A stretch of 64,000 nt of DNA from an uncultured bacterium (lineage in GTDB: Bacteria > Babelota > Babeliae > Babelales > Babelaceae), in NCBI GenBank assembly GCA_963824495.1, contig CAWGPQ010000008.1:64001-128000 (forward strand), written 5' to 3'. Shown here one piece after another: positions 59,524 to 64,000 of this stretch; positions within the stretch are counted from its first letter, which is position 1; every line of letters starts with the position of its first letter. The position numbers and the translations under genes are program-made. The notes under the pieces are model-generated. The model ran no database searches, was not told where the DNA came from, and saw only the letters and a list, made by a program, of their open reading frames with translations.

Positions 59524-61446
59524 TTATTCTTGGTAGCGCCCACCGAGACAACGTGCTAGGAACTTTTCTGCAGCCTCGTAAAATTTAAGCTTATTTTCAG
59601 GACGAGCAAAACCATGTCCTTCATCAGGAAATAACAGGTATTCATAAGGGATTTTGTGTTCTTTAAGAGCTTCAACAATCTGCTCAGATTCAGCTCGCTT
59701 TACCCGTGGATCATTAGCTCCTTGTGCTATAAGTACGGGTATTTTAATGTTGTGAGCACTAAATAATGGTGAGCGTGATTTTAGAAACGCTTGTTCACTA
59801 GTGGGATCGCCTACTTTGTTATAAAAATTTCTTCGTGCATGAATCCAATAAGGTGGCAGAGATGTAAGAAGTGTTAGCAAATTACTTGGTCCAACAATAT
59901 CGACAGCACAAGAGAATACATCTGGTGTAAATGCAGCACCAACGAGTGCTTCGTAACCACCATATGAGCCGCCATACAGCGCAATTCTTTTGGGATCAGC
60001 TATACCATTGCTTACAAAATAATTTACCGTATCTAGAATATCATCGTGCATTTTTGCACCCCATTCTTTAGTACTTGCATTAACAAAATCTTTGCCGTAT
60101 CCGGTAGACCCACGATAATTTATTTGTGCTGATATATAGCCTCTATTGGCAAACCATTGAGCTTCTGAGCTATAACCCCAGGTATCGCGTGCATAAGGGC
60201 CGCCATGAACATTTACAACCACAGGTAAATTACGGTGCTCAACACCGATAGGATAGGTAACATATCCCTCAAGCTTAAGGCCATCGCGAGATGTTATGGT
60301 AAATGGCTCCATGGGGGCAAGCTTGTAGTTTCTTAATGCAGGCTTACTGTCAAATAAAAATTCTACCTTGTGATTGTCTCTAAGATAGAGATAATAGGCT
60401 GCAGGTTCGATATCGAGCTTAACCCCTACGACCCAAAACTTATCAGCATCATCGCGATCAATAAGTGCAATATCACCACGTGTAGCATCTTTAATAGTTT
60501 CGATATCATGCTGAATGGTTGAATCTAGGACAACAATTTCTTGACGTGCTTTAGTGACCGTAACGGCCTGAATCCTTTTTGTTTTTGGCTGTTGTATAAC
60601 AGCCGTAATATCATAATGGTGATCATGATACATAACTGTTATATTTCCCATAACAACGTCAACAGCTACAAGCTTATTCGTATTAGTATCACGCGGATCA
60701 AGCATTGCAATAGTTTTGCCATCTTTACTAAAGCCTATAATCTCTACCAATTGAGCATCATCAGGATTAAACTGCGCAAGTAATCGCCACCCAGCTGTTG
60801 GTGTATCACGAACCCAAAGCTCACCACTACCATCATCCAAACTGAGAAGCTTGCCACGAATATTCCACTGATCATCGGGAATCCAGCTCGCAACATTTCC
60901 TGGGTTTTTTTCGAGTAGTGTAAGCTGTCCAGAAGATAGCGTAAGCTTATATATATCATGAAGTGCTGGATTATCTTTATTCAGTTCAATCAGTATATCG
61001 TGAGGCTTATCGCTATCAATATCTACAATACGTGCCTGTACATTATCAAAAGGCGTTAAGTCTTGTATCACCTGACCGTCGAGTGAAGCACTATAGATAC
61101 GCCAATTTTCGTCACCATTTTTATCTTGAAGATAGAGTACACTCGTATCATCGGGCGACCATGCAACACTTCGTATTCCTCGATGGGTATCATGCGTAAT
61201 AACATGATCGTCATCTTTGCCAAGCGTTTTTACCCATATATTAAGGACATTGTCAACGGGAGCGAGATAGGCGAGTTGAGCACCATTATGTGCTATACGA
61301 GGTGATGCTTTTACTGGATTGCCAAATAGTATATCGCGAGGAATAAGCCGGACGGGTGATGCCCTCAGCATTACTTCACGTTTATATAAAACAACGCCCA
61401 CGGTAATAGCAGCTAAAAGCACTAGTATATGCGATAGGGTTCTCAT
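59524..61446 (-). CDS. S9 family serine peptidase
   Basis: VHGGP, NYRGSTGYG, GGSYGG, GANDPRV, DEGHG. Confidence 0.94.
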   Translation of the reverse strand: MRTLSHILVLLAAITVGVVLYKREVMLRASPVRLIPRDILFGNPVKASPRIAHNGAQLAYLAPVDNVLNIWVKTLGKDDDHVITHDTHRGIRSVAWSPDDTSVLYLQDKNGDENWRIYSASLDGQVIQDLTPFDNVQARIVDIDSDKPHDILIELNKDNPALHDIYKLTLSSGQLTLLEKNPGNVASWIPDDQWNIRGKLLSLDDGSGELWVRDTPTAGWRLLAQFNPDDAQLVEIIGFSKDGKTIAMLDPRDTNTNKLVAVDVVMGNITVMYHDHHYDITAVIQQPKTKRIQAVTVTKARQEIVVLDSTIQHDIETIKDATRGDIALIDRDDADKFWVVGVKLDIEPAAYYLYLRDNHKVEFLFDSKPALRNYKLAPMEPFTITSRDGLKLEGYVTYPIGVEHRNLPVVVNVHGGPYARDTWGYSSEAQWFANRGYISAQINYRGSTGYGKDFVNASTKEWGAKMHDDILDTVNYFVSNGIADPKRIALYGGSYGGYEALVGAAFTPDVFSCAVDIVGPSNLLTLLTSLPPYWIHARRNFYNKVGDPTSEQAFLKSRSPLFSAHNIKIPVLIAQGANDPRVKRAESEQIVEALKEHKIPYEYLLFPDEGHGFARPENKLKFYEAAEKFLARCLGGRYQE

Positions 61447-61973
61447 CTATAACCTCCTACTTATATTACTTTTGTGTAACTGATAACTATAGAATTTTAT
61501 CGAACCGAAGCAAGAAATTTGCCAAGCGCCAGTTTGAACTGGAGATAATTAGTTTGAGTGTTATGGTATTATTAACGTTATAATACCACCCTATAAGATT
61601 AAGCATAATAGGGGCTTTTCTCAAGAGCTGATTAAAGTATGAGAAATTGCTGATGGCGCTCTCATAATCAAGAGTATGGCTTTAAGATATTAAAGATAGT
61701 AGTCTCTTCTCCTAACTTCGTCATCTTCTCCATCAAGGCTAGGAAAATCATAAACTGCTTTTCTTACAGTAGGCTGCTTACTTCAGCCCACTGTAAGCTC
61801 CTTAAGAAGAGAGGAATAGTTGCTAGATTATATCATTTTTAAGCACAATCCAGATCGGCTTATGCTCTAAAAAGAAACATTGCCCTATCGGGGATAAGAA
61901 TAGTGCAATCCTATTAGCACGTTAATGTCAACGTTGTGGCTTAAAATTAGTCTTATTGATACCTGCATTGTTA

Positions 61974-62687
61974 TTATCGCCACCCCTTATTTTCCAAAAT
62001 ATACTGTACGTAGGGACTTACAGCGTCGATGCGAGCACCGTGCTCTATAAGCATTTGAATTACATCATTATTGCCACTGCCGCACTCAAAAACTGCCCAA
62101 CTAAGAGCAGTATGGCCTGAACTATCAGCTTGGTTAGGATCAGCTTTATAATCTAGAAGCAACTTTACCATATCAGGGTAAGGAGAGTAACCATCGGCTG
62201 CATGCATCAGGGCAGTCCAACCATTATGATTAGCACCATTAACATCAACACCACGCTCTAGAAGCAGCTTGGCAATATCTTTATGTCTGCATACAACTGC
62301 CCATATGAGAGGCGTATAGCCATCACCCTCTTTACGATGAACATTAAGGTCAGCACCCTGAGCAATAGCTTGTTCAACAGCGTTTAAGTCATGGTTTACT
62401 ATTGCATTAAACAATAACTTATTAGAAGACATTGGTTGGGAATGCTTGGCAGATGTTGGAACTCTACCTATAGTACTTTTAATCAATTGCTTAGATACAG
62501 CCTTCTTTTCAGCGCGAGATTTAAGCTTTTTCGATCGATGTTGAACGGCAGATTTAGTATGAGCAGACTTTACCACTCGATCTAACGCTTTATATGCGTT
62601 TAGTCTGTTTCGTCCAAAGGATAAGGGTGTAAACCCGATAGTGCATACTATACTTATAAGTATAGCTTGATAAGTCCGTTTTATCAT
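61974..62687 (-). CDS. Secreted ankyrin-repeat protein with basic N-terminal region
   Basis: Signal peptide, HRSKKLKSRAEKK, about 4 ANK repeats. Confidence 0.85.
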   Translation of the reverse strand: MIKRTYQAILISIVCTIGFTPLSFGRNRLNAYKALDRVVKSAHTKSAVQHRSKKLKSRAEKKAVSKQLIKSTIGRVPTSAKHSQPMSSNKLLFNAIVNHDLNAVEQAIAQGADLNVHRKEGDGYTPLIWAVVCRHKDIAKLLLERGVDVNGANHNGWTALMHAADGYSPYPDMVKLLLDYKADPNQADSSGHTALSWAVFECGSGNNDVIQMLIEHGARIDAVSPYVQYILENKGWR

Positions 62688-62949
62688 AATCTTCCTTCTT
62701 GAGGGGTTAGTATATATTTATCTATCTCGATAAGTGACTTAGCTATAAGGCACCGTTAACTAAGATTTTACCATAAAAAATGCATATTGGAAATACAGAT
62801 AAGAGAATAAGCGGTTGGTTTTGCTAGATGAGTTATCAAAGCCTTGTAGCCCAGCCGTGCTTATCGAGAGGCGCGGCCTTAGGGCTCATCGACGCGAATA
62901 CCGTCAGTAGTTTTGGGATGCTACATTAAGAAAATATCAAGCAGAGATT

Positions 62950-63774
62950 TTAAGAGCGGCGTGCTCGCACGATAAATACTTCATGATAATCTGCTGCTTT
63001 TTCAAACGTATAATCACCATAGATACCTGTTACGATAAACCCAGCTTTTTCGAGCATCATAACAAACTCATATTTTGAGTACCAGCGAAGTATATGCGCC
63101 GTGAGCTCATGAGCTACAAGTTTACCATTCATATAAAGATCATAGCGATATATTCCATGTCGCAGCTGCTCAAATGGCTGATAGGTTAACGACTCAGAGC
63201 ACAGAGCAAGAGCTTTATCTGTAGGGCGCACTTTCTTTCTGGATATGCGCCATACGCCAACCTCTGCTGTGCCTGTATCGGGCCATGGTATAAACAGAGA
63301 AACAAGCAACTGGCCATGAGGTAACATGTGCTCATAAAAACGCCGAAGTGCCAGCAAAGCCTCTGCTCTATCAGCTATAAGCATAAACGAACAAGCAGGT
63401 ATATACAACGTCATATAGCGTTGAGCACCATCAAATTTTTGCATAAAGTCTTGGTATAAGATAGGCGAGATACCTATAGCTTGAGCTTTCTTACGGCATA
63501 TCTCGAGCATAGCACGTGAGCAATCAAGGCCTTCTACCGGTAACCCTTCCTGTAAATACGGAATAAGCAAGCGCCCGGTACCACAACCAAGCTCAAGCGC
63601 AGAACCAGGCGACTCGTGCATAAAGTGTCGATAAAAAGCAAGCTCTTGAGTATGAGGTTCACCTAACCAAAGATCGTACAGCTCTGCTTCAAGCCCCGTA
63701 TAGCTTTTAGCACATAAATCACGCGAATTATCAGAATTATCGAACACCACGTTATTACTCCCCGTGTCGCCCAC
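62950..63774 (-). CDS. Class I SAM-dependent methyltransferase (start may be GTG 63750)
   Basis: LELGCGTGRL, GLDCSRAML, IYGDY. Confidence 0.9.
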   Translation of the reverse strand: MGDTGSNNVVFDNSDNSRDLCAKSYTGLEAELYDLWLGEPHTQELAFYRHFMHESPGSALELGCGTGRLLIPYLQEGLPVEGLDCSRAMLEICRKKAQAIGISPILYQDFMQKFDGAQRYMTLYIPACSFMLIADRAEALLALRRFYEHMLPHGQLLVSLFIPWPDTGTAEVGVWRISRKKVRPTDKALALCSESLTYQPFEQLRHGIYRYDLYMNGKLVAHELTAHILRWYSKYEFVMMLEKAGFIVTGIYGDYTFEKAADYHEVFIVRARRS

Positions 63775-64000
63775 CTATATGCTGAGCCAAGAATTTTTCA
63801 GCATGGTCATACCATGCAAGTTTATTCTCGGGCTTATCCAAACCGTGACCTTCATAAGGTTAACCTTAACTAACTCATTGGTGTTTGAAAAACGAGGGTC
63901 AGGCAGATAAAGATAGAGGTCTTTACCATCGCTACTCAATCGTATATAGGCTGTGTCTCCATCTTTACCTAAATCAAAATCAAGCAACTTTTTCCAGCTA
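63755..64000 (-). pseudogene. Internally deleted S9 peptidase paralog, runs off the window
   Basis: Propeller segment WKKLLDF..SDGK..DPRFSNTNELVKV joined out of frame at ~63855 to EGHGLDKPENKLAWYDHAEKFLAQHIGGRHGE*. Confidence 0.8.

Noticed and set aside
61490..61850. Possible degraded gene on the minus strand
   Set aside because: Coding-like stretches broken by several stops, with no recognisable family.
1..64000. CRISPR array, integrase or transposase
   Set aside because: No regularly spaced repeats or mobile-element genes seen; repeats are ankyrin units or gene duplications.

Overview
AT-rich bacterial chromosome segment read in the standard code (several core genes end in TGA). Housekeeping genes (ruvB, yebC, yicC, rodA, uvrA, mutS, argS, mnmA, ssb, grpE, lepA, pgk, tRNA-His, tRNA-Pro) are interspersed with about a dozen ankyrin-repeat loci, most with signal peptides, plus kinase-like and small Cys-rich secreted proteins and several pseudogenes. 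This profile suggests an intracellular parasite of protists such as Ca. Babeliae/Dependentiae (TM6); the taxon is an inference. The main discovery is an unannotated ~600-nt RNA locus on the minus strand (57178-57852). A near-consensus sigma70 promoter precedes two homologous tRNA-like cloverleaves and a tmRNA-homologous domain. That domain keeps all four pseudoknots but has no recognisable tRNA-like domain or canonical tag and is closed by a ~24-28 bp helix. Other observations: a second rod-shaped RNA candidate, a leader peptide before an ABC exporter, a fused MNT-HEPN with a degenerate MNT motif, ankyrin proteins with F-box-like tails, NLS-like motifs and Met directly after the signal peptide, a GH81-CBM56 beta-1,3-glucanase, a csaA missed by the ORF track, and a tandem duplication with a breakpoint inside rodA. 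All structures and alignments were read by eye; no computation or database search was run.
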